Notes: generated by a model not told the origin, from the sequence alone. 64,000 nt of DNA from Capsulimonadaceae bacterium (GCA_965215505.1 OZ244065.1:3872001-3936000); one strand, 5' to 3'. Numbered from the stretch's first letter, positions 46,203 through 55,661 are shown. Numbers and translations are program-made.

Positions 46203-48227
46203 CTACTCGCCGTTGATGGCGGTGGAGGTGAGGTCCACCGAGGGACCGCTGCTGCCCCACGTCGCCCGGCTGCCCCAAGTGGCCCGGTCCGCGCCCGCCA
46301 GCGCGCTGCCCCAGGTGGCCCGGTCGGCGTCCGTCAGCGAACTGCCCCACGTCGCCCGGTCGGCGGCCGCCGCCGTGCTGCCCCAGGTCGCGCGGTCCAT
46401 GAACAGCGAAGTGCTGCCGTCGGGGTTGGTCGTGCTGCCCCAGGTCGCCCGGTCGGCCCCGACGGAGCTTCCCCAGGTGGCCCGCAGGTCGGTCAGCCCG
46501 GTGCCCCACAGGCCGCCGCTCCAGGTCGGCTGGTTGAGGACCAGGGAGAGGGTGCCGTCGCCGTTCTCCAGCAGGGCGGGGCTGAGGGCGGGGAGGGTGG
46601 GGGTGACGGTGGAGGCGAGCGCGGCGGGGATGTCGAGGTAGCCGGCGCCGTAGGTGAGGGCGTCGCCGGTCCCGTCGGGGGCGGCCCACTTGTCGGCGGA
46701 GACCATGAGGCGGGCCTTGACGGCGTCGGGGGTGAGTGCGGGGTTGGCCTGGAGCATGAGGGCAGCGGCCCCGGCGACGACGGGGGCGGCCATCGAAGTG
46801 CCCGACAACTGGAAGTAGGCGTAGGAGGAACCGTCCGAGCCGTACTTCCGGTAGCTGGACTGCGGGATGTCATTGGTGCCGCCCGCATAGGTGTCCAGGG
46901 TGCTGTTGTCGGAACACAGCGAGATGACCTTGTTGCCGGGCGCGATGATGTCGGGCTTGAGGATCAGGTCCACGCGGGACGGCCCCCGGCTGGAATAGGT
47001 CGCGATCTTGTCGTGGGCGCGCACGCCGTCCATGCTCTTGGTGGCCCCGACGGTGATGATGGAGGGGTCATTGCCGGGCGACTGGATGGAGCCGTAGTCG
47101 GTGCCCCAGCCCTCGTTGGAGGCACCGGCCAGATTGACGGCCCCGAAGCGGCCAGTGTTGCCCGCCGCGCAGACGACGACGATGCCGGCCTTCCAGACCT
47201 TCTCGACGGCCTGGCAGAGCGGGTCGGTGGCGTAGCTCTCGCCGACCGGGTGGCCGAGCGAGAGGTTGACGACGCGGACCGGCGATTTCGGATTGTCGTC
47301 CTGGTGGGCGACGACCCATTGGAGGCCGGCGATGACGGTCGCGACATCGGCCTGTCCGTTCGCGTCGAGGACGCGGATGTTGGCGATATCGGCTTGCGGC
47401 GCGATGCCGTTAAAGGTGCGGAAGCAGAACAGCCGATTGGACCTCGCCCCGTCGCCGGCGATGATGCCGGCGACATGGGTGCCGTGCCCGCACGGGTCGT
47501 AGAGGCTGCCGTTGTTGCTGGGACCCAGCAGGGTGAGGCTGGTCCCGACGCCGATGATGTTGAGGCCCTGGCCCCTGCCGCCGCTGAGATCGAGCGAGAC
47601 GCCGATCCCGCCGCCGTAGGCACTGCTGCTCCCGGTGAGGTCGGGCGCAAAGTTGACGCTCGCGCGGATGCGAGTCTTGCTGAACGGCCCGAGGTCACTG
47701 TCGGAGAGGTCCTGGACGGGGGCGACACCGCTGTCAACCACGGCGACCGTCACGCCCAGCCCGGTGAGCTGGTACTGGCCGCCGCGCCCGTCCGTGCCGT
47801 GAGCCTGGGCGGCCTCGCTGGAGCCGACGGTGAACTCGTCGCTCTTCCGGACCAGGCCGTTGAGCGACAAATGCGTGATGAACGGCAGGGCGGCCACCCG
47901 GCCCAGGGCGCGTGCGGGGACCCGAACCGCGACCGAGCCGATGAGCGGCAGGTGCCGGGTGATGTCGGCACCCAGGGAGTGGAGCCGGGCCTCCTGCGCG
48001 GGGGTGAGAGTGCCGTCCGTCTTGAGGATGACGGACGACCATCCCGCCGCAGTCTTGGCGGCCAAGGTCCGGGCGACCGCCTGATCGGCGGACGCGGCGG
48101 GGGCGGCTTGGGCGGCACCGGCCAGCATGGGAGCCACCAGCGAGGCGGTCAGGCAAGCCAGGAAGGCCGGGGCCTGACGGGTAGTTCGCGGCCGTGCCGT
48201 GGTGCGGCGTGAGGTATCTTGGATCAT
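46203..48227 (-). CDS. Secreted S8 subtilase with seven C-terminal RATWGS repeats (paralog B)
   Basis: Same catalytic motifs as paralog A; ATG 48227 follows GAAGGA; repeats at 46251-46484. Confidence 0.93.
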   Translation of the reverse strand: MIQDTSRRTTARPRTTRQAPAFLACLTASLVAPMLAGAAQAAPAASADQAVARTLAAKTAAGWSSVILKTDGTLTPAQEARLHSLGADITRHLPLIGSVAVRVPARALGRVAALPFITHLSLNGLVRKSDEFTVGSSEAAQAHGTDGRGGQYQLTGLGVTVAVVDSGVAPVQDLSDSDLGPFSKTRIRASVNFAPDLTGSSSAYGGGIGVSLDLSGGRGQGLNIIGVGTSLTLLGPSNNGSLYDPCGHGTHVAGIIAGDGARSNRLFCFRTFNGIAPQADIANIRVLDANGQADVATVIAGLQWVVAHQDDNPKSPVRVVNLSLGHPVGESYATDPLCQAVEKVWKAGIVVVCAAGNTGRFGAVNLAGASNEGWGTDYGSIQSPGNDPSIITVGATKSMDGVRAHDKIATYSSRGPSRVDLILKPDIIAPGNKVISLCSDNSTLDTYAGGTNDIPQSSYRKYGSDGSSYAYFQLSGTSMAAPVVAGAAALMLQANPALTPDAVKARLMVSADKWAAPDGTGDALTYGAGYLDIPAALASTVTPTLPALSPALLENGDGTLSLVLNQPTWSGGLWGTGLTDLRATWGSSVGADRATWGSTTNPDGSTSLFMDRATWGSTAAAADRATWGSSLTDADRATWGSALAGADRATWGSRATWGSSGPSVDLTSTAINGE

Positions 48228-48248
48228 TTGCTTTTCTTTCCTTCGGAG

Positions 48249-48363
48249 TCGCACAGTTCGGCGGCCCGGCGGCCGTGCCCCGCCGCGGTCGAGCCGGGGT
48301 AGGGGTTAGGCCCGTGGCTTTGCGTCGCCGCCTTTCGGCGGGCATGCTCTTGATTAATCGCGA
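48249..48363 (-). ncRNA. GEMM-I riboswitch aptamer, A20 variant (proximal, paralog B)
   Basis: Minus strand ATCAAG-A-GCATGCC-CGCC-GAAA-GGCG-GCGACGCAAAGCCACGGGCCTAA...GGCCGCCGGGCCGCCGAA; position 20 at 48348. Confidence 0.82.
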
Positions 48364-48376
48364 AGGATCGTTCGAC

Positions 48377-48424
48377 GTGGCTTGGTTGATGTGGCTTGGT
48401 TGATGTGGCTTGGTTGATGTGGCT
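48377..48424. repeat. 14-bp tandem repeat GTGGCTTGGTTGAT x3 (+partial) in the inter-aptamer linker
   Basis: Direct reading; only one degenerate unit in the paralogous leader (about 45888-45900). Confidence 0.9.
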
Positions 48425-48447
48425 CGGTCGGTTCGACGAGAGGATGT

Positions 48448-48541
48448 CGCCCGTGCGGCGGCCCGGCCGTCTTCAGCGGGACTGAAGACCCGTCGGCTTT
48501 GCGTCCCGGCCGTGCGAGCCGGTGTGCCCTAGTCTGGGGCG
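48448..48541 (-). ncRNA. GEMM-I riboswitch aptamer, G20, with a non-GNRA loop (distal, paralog B)
   Basis: Minus strand GACTAG-G-GCACACCGGC-TCGCAC-GGCCGGGACGCAAAGCCGACGGGTCTTCAG...CTGAAGACGGCCGGGCCGCCG; position 20 at 48528. Confidence 0.78.
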
Positions 48542-48643
48542 GAAAGAACCATCAAAGGTATTATGGGGTCTGGGAGGGGGCATGCTCACTGTAGGATATG
48601 CGGGAAAGTGCGGGGCGGGCCGAAGGAGCGGGCTGGTCTTGTG

Positions 48644-49276
48644 CTAGGGAGATATGTTCGAGGATGAACCCGCGCCGTAGCGCAGCCCGTCAACGAGCAG
48701 GGCGACCATGCGCCGCGCATGGTCAGGTCCCCCGGCGTGAGCGGCCATGGAAAGGTTCCCCACCGCCCCCAGCAGGTCATCCGGCTCGACGCCCGCGCGC
48801 ACCTCGCCCGCGGCGACCGCCGCGTCCAGCAGCGTTCGAAGCGCCGGCTGGAGCCGCTTCTGGAAGTAGGCGGGCAGGGCGTCGAAGGCCGGGTCCCCCG
48901 AATGCAGGGCCGTGGCCAGCCCGCGTTTGGTCGCGATGAAGGCCGCATACCGCTGCATCCAGCGCGCCAGCGCCTCCCCCGGCTCGTGTTCCGCCGCCAG
49001 GACCGGCGCGGCGTCCGCGCAGGCATCCACCTCATGCTGGAAGACGGCCGCGATGAGGTCCGAGCGCTGCGGGAAATGGCGGTACACCGTGCCGACGCCG
49101 ACGCCCGCCTTGGCGGCGATCTCCCGCACCGGCGCGTCCACCCCGGACGCCGCGAACACCGCCAGCGCCGCCTCCAGCAATGCGTCCGTGTTCCGCCGCG
49201 CGTCGGCGCGCACGCGCCGATCCCCGCCGCCCCGAGGCTCCGAGCCATCCCCCTGATTTTCCAATTTGCCGTTCAC
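48644..49276 (-). CDS. TetR-family regulator
   Basis: RADARRN..LL.AA..F...G, IAAKAGVGVGTVYRHFP; GTG 49276 follows GGAGG. Confidence 0.92.
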   Translation of the reverse strand: MNGKLENQGDGSEPRGGGDRRVRADARRNTDALLEAALAVFAASGVDAPVREIAAKAGVGVGTVYRHFPQRSDLIAAVFQHEVDACADAAPVLAAEHEPGEALARWMQRYAAFIATKRGLATALHSGDPAFDALPAYFQKRLQPALRTLLDAAVAAGEVRAGVEPDDLLGAVGNLSMAAHAGGPDHARRMVALLVDGLRYGAGSSSNISP

Positions 49277-49287
49277 TCCGCCTCCAC

Positions 49288-49332
49288 TTGACAAACGGAA
49301 CATTGTTCCGTATAATAGGGAATATGGTTCCG
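49288..49332 (+). promoter_or_regulatory. Consensus sigma70 promoter with overlapping TetR operator(s)
   Basis: TTGACA-17 nt-TATAAT. The spacer contains the palindrome CGGAACATTGTTCCG; a degenerate copy GGGAATATGGTTCCG is at 49318. Confidence 0.85.
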
Positions 49333-49374
49333 TTTCAGCCATAATACCACATCGCGGCATCGAAGGAGAATTTT

Positions 49375-50208
49375 ATGGACAGCAAAGTCTGGTTTATCAC
49401 CGGCACCTCCCGCGGTTTCGGCCGCGTCTGGGCCGAAGCCGCGCTGGGGCGCGGCGACAAGGTCGCGGCGACCGCCCGCAAAACGGCAGACATCGCCGAT
49501 CTGAAGGAGCGCTTCGGGGACGCCGTCCTCCCGCTGGCGCTCGACGTCACGGACGCCGATCAGGTGCGGCAGAGCGTCCAGCAGGCGCACGCGCATTTCG
49601 GCAGGCTGGACGTGGTCCTCAACAACGCCGGTTACAGCCTGGTCGGCACGATTGAGGAGGCAGGCGAGGCGGACGTCCGCGCCGAGTTCGACACGAACTA
49701 CTTCGGCGCATTGCGGGTCATTCAGGCCGCCCTCCCTCTGCTGCGGCAGCAGGGCGGCGGGCACATCCTCGGCGTCTCCAGCACTCTCGGCCATGTGGCA
49801 TTCCCACTCATCGGCCACTACTGCGCCTCCAAATGGGCCTTCGAGGCGCTCCACGAGAGTCTGGCGCAAGAGGTCAAGGCGTTCGGCATCAAGGTGACGC
49901 TGATCGAACCCGGTGCCTACGCCACGTCGTTCGGCAGCCCCGAGTCGCTGAAGATCGCGCCGGGCATGGATACCTACAATGAGCTGCGGCAGCAGGTTTT
50001 CGGGCAGCTCAGGAGCCAAGAACGCGGCGACCCGGCGGTGACCGCCGAAGCCGTCCTCAAGGTCGCGGATGCGGAGAACCCTCCGCTGCGCCTGATCCTC
50101 GGCAGCACCGGCCTGCCCATGGTGCGCGCCGCCTACGCCGACCGCCTCGCCACCTGGGAGGAATGGGCGGCCGTCTCAAACGCCGCGCAAGGCGAGCCGC
50201 AGAAGTGA
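49375..50208 (+). CDS. Short-chain dehydrogenase/reductase
   Basis: TGTSRGFG, NNAG and YCASK. Confidence 0.93.
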   Translation: MDSKVWFITGTSRGFGRVWAEAALGRGDKVAATARKTADIADLKERFGDAVLPLALDVTDADQVRQSVQQAHAHFGRLDVVLNNAGYSLVGTIEEAGEADVRAEFDTNYFGALRVIQAALPLLRQQGGGHILGVSSTLGHVAFPLIGHYCASKWAFEALHESLAQEVKAFGIKVTLIEPGAYATSFGSPESLKIAPGMDTYNELRQQVFGQLRSQERGDPAVTAEAVLKVADAENPPLRLILGSTGLPMVRAAYADRLATWEEWAAVSNAAQGEPQK

Positions 50209-50232
50209 ATCAGCGTGAAGAAGGAGAATACC

Positions 50233-50994
50233 ATGCAAGACAAACGCATCGCCCTGGTCACCGGGGCCAATCAAGGAGTCGGCCTTCAGGTCGCAAAGGA
50301 ACTCGTGGCACACGGCCTCGCCGTGCTGGTCGGTTCGCGCAGTCTCGAGCGCGGTGAGGCCGCCGCCAAAGAGATCGGGCCGGGTGCCGTCGCGCTCCAG
50401 CTCGATGTGACGGATCGAGCTTCCATCGCCGCCGCGGCGGAGCGCATCCGCGGCGAGTTTGGCCGCCTCGACCTGCTCGTCAACAACGCGGCGATCTCGA
50501 ACACGAGAAAGCAGCAGCTCGGCTTGTCCCTTCAGGACTACGCGCAGATGTCGCTCGCGAGCAACGCGTCCCTCGATGAAATACGCGCGGTCTGGGAGAC
50601 CAACGTGTTCGGCGTCCTCGCCGTTTACCAGGCAATGCTGCCGCTCCTGCGCCTGTCGCCTGACGCCCGCATCGTCAACGTGTCGAGCAGCGTCGGCTCA
50701 CTGGCGACGAACGCAGACCCGGCTTTCCCCTACCATAAGTTCTTCGGACCCGTGTATCCGGCGTCCAAAACGGCACTCAACGCGATGACGCTGGCGATGA
50801 TGGTCGAGCTGGAATCGACCGGGATCAAGGTCAACCTGGTCTCCCCAGGCTTCACCAAGACCAGCCTCAATGGATACGAGGGCACCGAATCTGTTGAGGA
50901 CGGCTCCCGCGAGGTGGTGCGCGTCGCGCTGCTCGGCGCGGACGGCCCGACAGGCACGTTCACGCGCTGGGAGAACACAACGATCCCCTGGTGA
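50233..50994 (+). CDS. Short-chain dehydrogenase/reductase (carbonyl-reductase-like)
   Basis: TGANQGVG, NNAA and YPASK; AAGGAG upstream of ATG 50233. Confidence 0.92.
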   Translation: MQDKRIALVTGANQGVGLQVAKELVAHGLAVLVGSRSLERGEAAAKEIGPGAVALQLDVTDRASIAAAAERIRGEFGRLDLLVNNAAISNTRKQQLGLSLQDYAQMSLASNASLDEIRAVWETNVFGVLAVYQAMLPLLRLSPDARIVNVSSSVGSLATNADPAFPYHKFFGPVYPASKTALNAMTLAMMVELESTGIKVNLVSPGFTKTSLNGYEGTESVEDGSREVVRVALLGADGPTGTFTRWENTTIPW

Positions 50995-51077
50995 TGTGGT
51001 CCCGAACGCCGCACGAGGCGAGCCGCAAAGATAAACCATCACAGCGTTCCAGCGCAATCAAGAAAGGAAGATATTTC

Positions 51078-52043
51078 ATGAGTGAGCCGATCAATCGAGC
51101 CGAAAACATACCCGTCAGCGCGCCCGCCCCGGTCGTCTCCGTCAGCCCCGTGGTGCTGCCGGCTCCGGGACGTGCGGTGGACTTACAGATGCGCGTTTCC
51201 GCGCCCGTGACCGGGCACGGCCTGCCCGTCATCCTTTTGTCGCACGGTCAGGGGAGGTCGAACCATCTTTCCTCCCTGAACGGCTACGGTCCGCTCGCAA
51301 ACTTCTGGGCGGCCCACGGCTTCGCCGTGATCCAGCCGACTCATCTGAGTTCAAGGACTCTCCGCCTCGACCCCGAGACCCCCGGTGCGCCCCTGTTCTG
51401 GCGGTCCCGCGCCGAGGACATGACGCGCATCCTCGACGCTCTCGACGTCATCGAGTCTTCCGTACCCGAGATCGCGGGGCGCTTGGACCGGGGCCGTGTC
51501 GCGGTCGTCGGGCACTCCATGGGCGGTCATACGGCGGGGATGCTGCTGGGGGCGCGGCTGACCGACCCCGAAGACGGAGCGGAAGTCGGCCTAGCGGAGC
51601 CTCGGATCAAGGCGGGCGTCTTGCTCGCCGCGCCCGGCCACGGCGGTAATGACCTCAGCGCGTGGGCGGCCGAGAACGCCCCCTTCTTCCGTCACCCCAT
51701 CTTCAGGGAGATGACAACGCCGGCCCTCGTGGTCGCGGGCGATAAGGATGTCTCCCCGCATCTGACGACGCGGGGCGCGGACTGGCACGCCGACCCGTAC
51801 TCCCTGAGTCCCGGCCCCAAGTGCCTGCTGACTTTGTTCGGCGCGGAACACGGGCTTGGCGGGATCTCCGGGTACGACGTGGCGGAGACGACGGACGAGG
51901 ACCTCGAGCGTGTGGCGGCCGTCCAGCGGCTGACGTGGGCCTACCTCCGCACGGCGCTCTACCCCGAAGACCCCGCCTGGCCCGCCGCGTGCGCCGCATT
52001 GATGGAGGAGCCTGATCCGCTGGGCCGGGTCGAGTGCAAGTGA
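51078..52043 (+). CDS. Alpha/beta hydrolase (chlorophyllase/dienelactone-hydrolase-like)
   Basis: LSHG, GHSMGG, GDKD and EHGLGG; AAAGGA upstream. Confidence 0.85.
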   Translation: MSEPINRAENIPVSAPAPVVSVSPVVLPAPGRAVDLQMRVSAPVTGHGLPVILLSHGQGRSNHLSSLNGYGPLANFWAAHGFAVIQPTHLSSRTLRLDPETPGAPLFWRSRAEDMTRILDALDVIESSVPEIAGRLDRGRVAVVGHSMGGHTAGMLLGARLTDPEDGAEVGLAEPRIKAGVLLAAPGHGGNDLSAWAAENAPFFRHPIFREMTTPALVVAGDKDVSPHLTTRGADWHADPYSLSPGPKCLLTLFGAEHGLGGISGYDVAETTDEDLERVAAVQRLTWAYLRTALYPEDPAWPAACAALMEEPDPLGRVECK

Positions 52044-52181
52044 GCGCGCCGATGAGTGCGCCGGAGAGCGCGGAAGCTGAACCGCGATGAGGTACGCCTG
52101 CACCGTTCCAGTGAGCCGGGGGCGTGTGCTACGATCTGTGTGCCGGCGAAAATAGATGGGCATCGCCAGCTGGACAGGGCG

Positions 52182-53060
52182 CTACGAGTCGGTCCCGGCC
52201 GGCCCCCTCAGGAAGTCGGCAAGGATGCTACGCATCGGCGTGGCGGCGCGGCCGAGCAGGCGCTCCAGGGTGGGGTCCACGGCGGCGAATTCGCCCTGGC
52301 GGCCGGCGACGAACAATCCTAAGAGGCCGTCCGCCATGGCCGCCGGCAGGCCGGAGTCGAGCAGAGACTGACGGAATGCGTCATCCGACAGGATTTCCCG
52401 TGCGACCGGCATCCCGAGGATCTCTGAAGCCATGCGCGCGATCTCGGCGAAGTCCAGCGCCTCCGGGTGGGTGAGAGGCGGCGTGATCCCGTGGAGCTTT
52501 TCAGGGTCCAGCAGCGCAGTCACGGCGGCTTCCGCCAGGTCGGACCGTGACGTCCACGACGCGGGGCCGTCCGCCGGAAGGGCGATCCGGCGGGTTTCCT
52601 TCAGACGGCCGAGCTGCCACAAAGCGGACTCCGCATAGAACCCGTTCCGCAGCGACGTGAACGGAATCCCGGACCGCCGGAGCAGCTCCTCGGTCGCGGC
52701 ATGATCCCGCGCGGGGCTGAAGGCGGAACGGGGGTCGGCCGCCATGTGGCTCGTGTAGAGGACACGGCCGGCACCGGCCGCCTTCGCGGCTGCGATGGCG
52801 TTGCCGTGCTGTTCCACGGCGGACGGGCCGAGGCTGTTGACCGAGACGACAAGTACCTGCGACGCGCCTTCGAAGGCGTGGGGCAGGCTCTCCGGGTCCG
52901 CAAAATCTCCTTTCCGTACCCGCACCCCCTTCTCCTGGAGGGCGCGCGCCTTTTCCGGGTCACGGACGCTGACGCCGACCTGATCGGCGGGAATCAATCC
53001 GATCAGCCGCTCTGCGACCGCCTGGCCGAGTTTTCCGGTGGCTCCTGTGACGATGATCAT
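52182..53060 (-). CDS. NmrA-like NAD(P)H-binding oxidoreductase (YtfG/QorB-like)
   Basis: TGATGKLG, SVRDPEKA, YTS, LRNGFY and DLAEAA. Confidence 0.88.
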   Translation of the reverse strand: MIIVTGATGKLGQAVAERLIGLIPADQVGVSVRDPEKARALQEKGVRVRKGDFADPESLPHAFEGASQVLVVSVNSLGPSAVEQHGNAIAAAKAAGAGRVLYTSHMAADPRSAFSPARDHAATEELLRRSGIPFTSLRNGFYAESALWQLGRLKETRRIALPADGPASWTSRSDLAEAAVTALLDPEKLHGITPPLTHPEALDFAEIARMASEILGMPVAREILSDDAFRQSLLDSGLPAAMADGLLGLFVAGRQGEFAAVDPTLERLLGRAATPMRSILADFLRGPAGTDS

Positions 53061-53307
53061 GGTGTTTTCCTTGTGCTATACTCTGCTATGCAACGGCTTC
53101 GGGTCCGCTTCTAGCAATGATACCACAAATATGCTATCATTGATAATATGGTCAAAGGAAAACTGATTAACTGATGTCACGCAGCGGCTGTCACGGCGCC
53201 TGAGCGAGCCAAAACGAGTGATCTCAGTCACTCGTCATACTCCCCGTCTGCTCTCGCCCCCGAAGGCGCATAACACCAGTGATCAAGAGCATCGGAGTAC
53301 CGTCAAG

Positions 53308-54042
53308 ATGATGACTGAGGCCCACGCCGACATGGGCGCTGAACCAGCCGCTTCCCGCGAAGACACGCGGGCGCGGATTGTTGCGTCCGCGATTGTCCTC
53401 CTCAACACCGGCGGGCGGGACGCCGTGACGACGCGGGCCGTTGCGGACGCCGCCGGTGTTCAGGTGCCGACCCTCTATCGCCTCTTTGGCGACAAGCATG
53501 CCCTCCTTGATGCGGTCGCAGAATACGGTTTCAAAGCCTATTTGACGGAGAAGATGATCCCGAGACCTGGACAAGACCCCGTAGAAGATCTGCGGATCGG
53601 ATGGGATTTACACGTCGCATTCGGGTTGTCTCACCCGGCGATTTATCTGCTGATGTACGCCGAGCCCCGGCCCGGCGTGAAGTCTCCGGCGGCCGAAACT
53701 TCGTATCGCGTCTTGAAAGAACACATACGGCGGGTTGCCGCTGCCGGGCGATTGCGCTTCTCCGAGGAACGGGCGGCACAACTTTTTCATGCCGCCGGGT
53801 GCGGGACCGTGCTGACCCTCCTTGCCAAGGCCGACGAAGACCGGGATAGGAGCCTGTCGGAAATCGCGCGCGAGGCGGCGATTGCTGCGATCACCACAGA
53901 CGGACCCACGTTTGAGGGTTCCGGACCGGCGGCGGCGGCGGTCGCCCTTCGTGCCGTTCTGCCTGAAGTCCGATCGCTTTCAGATGGGGAACGCTCCTTG
54001 CTGACCGAGTGGCTCAACCGTCTCAGCGCAATTCGGAGCTAG
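53308..54042 (+). CDS. TetR-family regulator
   Basis: TTRAVADAAGVQVPTLYRLFGDK; divergent from the NmrA-like gene; palindrome TATCATTGATA at about 53135. Start approximate. Confidence 0.88.
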   Translation: MMTEAHADMGAEPAASREDTRARIVASAIVLLNTGGRDAVTTRAVADAAGVQVPTLYRLFGDKHALLDAVAEYGFKAYLTEKMIPRPGQDPVEDLRIGWDLHVAFGLSHPAIYLLMYAEPRPGVKSPAAETSYRVLKEHIRRVAAAGRLRFSEERAAQLFHAAGCGTVLTLLAKADEDRDRSLSEIAREAAIAAITTDGPTFEGSGPAAAAVALRAVLPEVRSLSDGERSLLTEWLNRLSAIRS

Positions 54043-54188
54043 TGAGCGCTTAGAAGGCGGGGGGAGCGTCTCGAACGCCGCGCAAGGCGAGCCGCAGCCA
54101 CACGGCAATACAAAAATGGGGATCACATGAGGAGCTTGAGCGGGTGGGCTAGCCGAGGGCATCTGGTGCTGTGAGGTTATCCGACCCG

Positions 54189-54797
54189 CTATCCTGACCC
54201 AAGGATCAGGGCCACTCCCTCATCGGCATCCACAAGAAGAGTCTCGCGTGATACGCCGGCCCGCGCCCGGAGGGCCGAGGCCATCGCCATGCCAAGGAGC
54301 TGCCGGCTGCGCGCGGCGCAGGGGAAATCAGGCGGCAGCTCGCCCGCCGCGACCGCGTCCTGGAATCGCTGCTCGACCATCCCTTCCGCCTGCGCCATGG
54401 CGCGGGCCGAGAACGCGCGGACCTTCGCGTCGCCGACGGCCGGAACGACGCAGGCCATCAGACAGCCGGCGGGCGAGCCGTCGCCCGTACCACTCTCGAC
54501 CCCCTGCCTCAGAAAGCCGGAGATCGCCCCCCGTATGTCCGGGGCCGCAAACAAGGCCCGCAGCGCCAGCGCCCCGACGGTCTCGCCGTAGTGTTCCAGG
54601 CAGCGCATGAAAAGCGCCTCCTTGTCCCCGAACGTCGCGTAAAGGCTCGGGCGGCCGACACCCATGCCGGCGACGAGGTCGTCAACCGTCGCGCCATCGA
54701 AGCCCCTGGCCCAGAAGACCTTCGTCGCCCGGTCCAGTGCCTCGTCCTCGCTGAAGTTCCGCGGCCTCCCGCGCGGCCTGGGTGAAGTTCTAGGCAT
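54189..54797 (-). CDS. TetR-family regulator (ComR/NemR-like)
   Basis: RGRPRNF, FWARGF, GVGRPSLYATFGDK and GCLM. Confidence 0.92.
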   Translation of the reverse strand: MPRTSPRPRGRPRNFSEDEALDRATKVFWARGFDGATVDDLVAGMGVGRPSLYATFGDKEALFMRCLEHYGETVGALALRALFAAPDIRGAISGFLRQGVESGTGDGSPAGCLMACVVPAVGDAKVRAFSARAMAQAEGMVEQRFQDAVAAGELPPDFPCAARSRQLLGMAMASALRARAGVSRETLLVDADEGVALILGSG

Positions 54798-54811
54798 AAT
54801 TTTTAACCGTT

Positions 54812-54872
54812 TAGTTCATAAATGCTTGACACGAGGGTCTCTTGCCCATTATAATACCATATAGTTCATAAA
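54812..54872 (+). promoter_or_regulatory. Sigma70 promoter flanked by repeated operator half-sites
   Basis: TTGACA(54826)-18 nt-TATAAT(54850); TAGTTCATAAA at 54812 and 54862. Confidence 0.78.
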
Positions 54873-54914
54873 CAGGCAAGCCGCCCAGGCGTCTTACCGA
54901 GAAGGAAAACAGGA

Positions 54915-55661
54915 ATGGCAATCTACGATGGCAAGACCGTGGTGATCACAGGGGGCACGAGCGGGATCGGCCTCGCCACGGCGAAGCTCCTGCTCGCCGG
55001 AGGCGCGCGGGTGCTTGTGACCGGGCGCACCGACAAGACGCTCGACGCCGCGCGGGAGGACCTCGGCGCGGGGGCGATCGTGCTGAAAAGTGACGCCGGC
55101 TCGCTCAGTGACATTGACACGCTCGCCTCCAAGGTGAAGGAAGCGTTTGGCACTCTCGACGTCCTGTTCATCAACGCGGGGCTGGCCCGGTTCGCCCCGC
55201 TCGAGCAGACCGGCGAGGCGCTCTACGACGAGATGTTCGACCTCAACACCAAAGGCCCGTACTTCACGGTCCAAAAACTCGCACCGCTGATGTCCCAGGG
55301 CGGCGCGATCGTCCTGACCACCTCGTCCGCCAACGAGAAGGGCATCCCGATGATTAGCGCCTACGGGGCGGCCAAGGCCGCGCTCCGCTCGTTCGCGCGC
55401 ACCCTGGCGGCGGAACTGCTGCCGCGCGGCATCCGGGTCAACGCGGTCAGCCCCGGCCCGATCGAGACGCCGATCCTGGGCAAGTCCGGGATGCCGCCGG
55501 AGATGGTCGCCCAGTTCGGGGCGCAGGTGTCCGAGATGGTCCCCATGAAGCGCTGGGGGCAGGCCGAGGAGGTCGCTCGGGCCGTCGCCTTCCTGGCGTT
55601 CGACGCGACGTTCACGACGGGGGCCGAGCTGCCCGTGGACGGCGGGGGGACGCAGCTCTAG
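54915..55661 (+). CDS. Short-chain dehydrogenase/reductase
   Basis: TGGTSGIG, INAG, YGAAK and VDGG. Confidence 0.93.
   Translation: MAIYDGKTVVITGGTSGIGLATAKLLLAGGARVLVTGRTDKTLDAAREDLGAGAIVLKSDAGSLSDIDTLASKVKEAFGTLDVLFINAGLARFAPLEQTGEALYDEMFDLNTKGPYFTVQKLAPLMSQGGAIVLTTSSANEKGIPMISAYGAAKAALRSFARTLAAELLPRGIRVNAVSPGPIETPILGKSGMPPEMVAQFGAQVSEMVPMKRWGQAEEVARAVAFLAFDATFTTGAELPVDGGGTQL

Noticed and set aside
43591-48212. Long plus-strand ORFs (1016 aa and 774 aa)
   Set aside because: Antisense shadows of the GC-rich S8 genes; no motifs.
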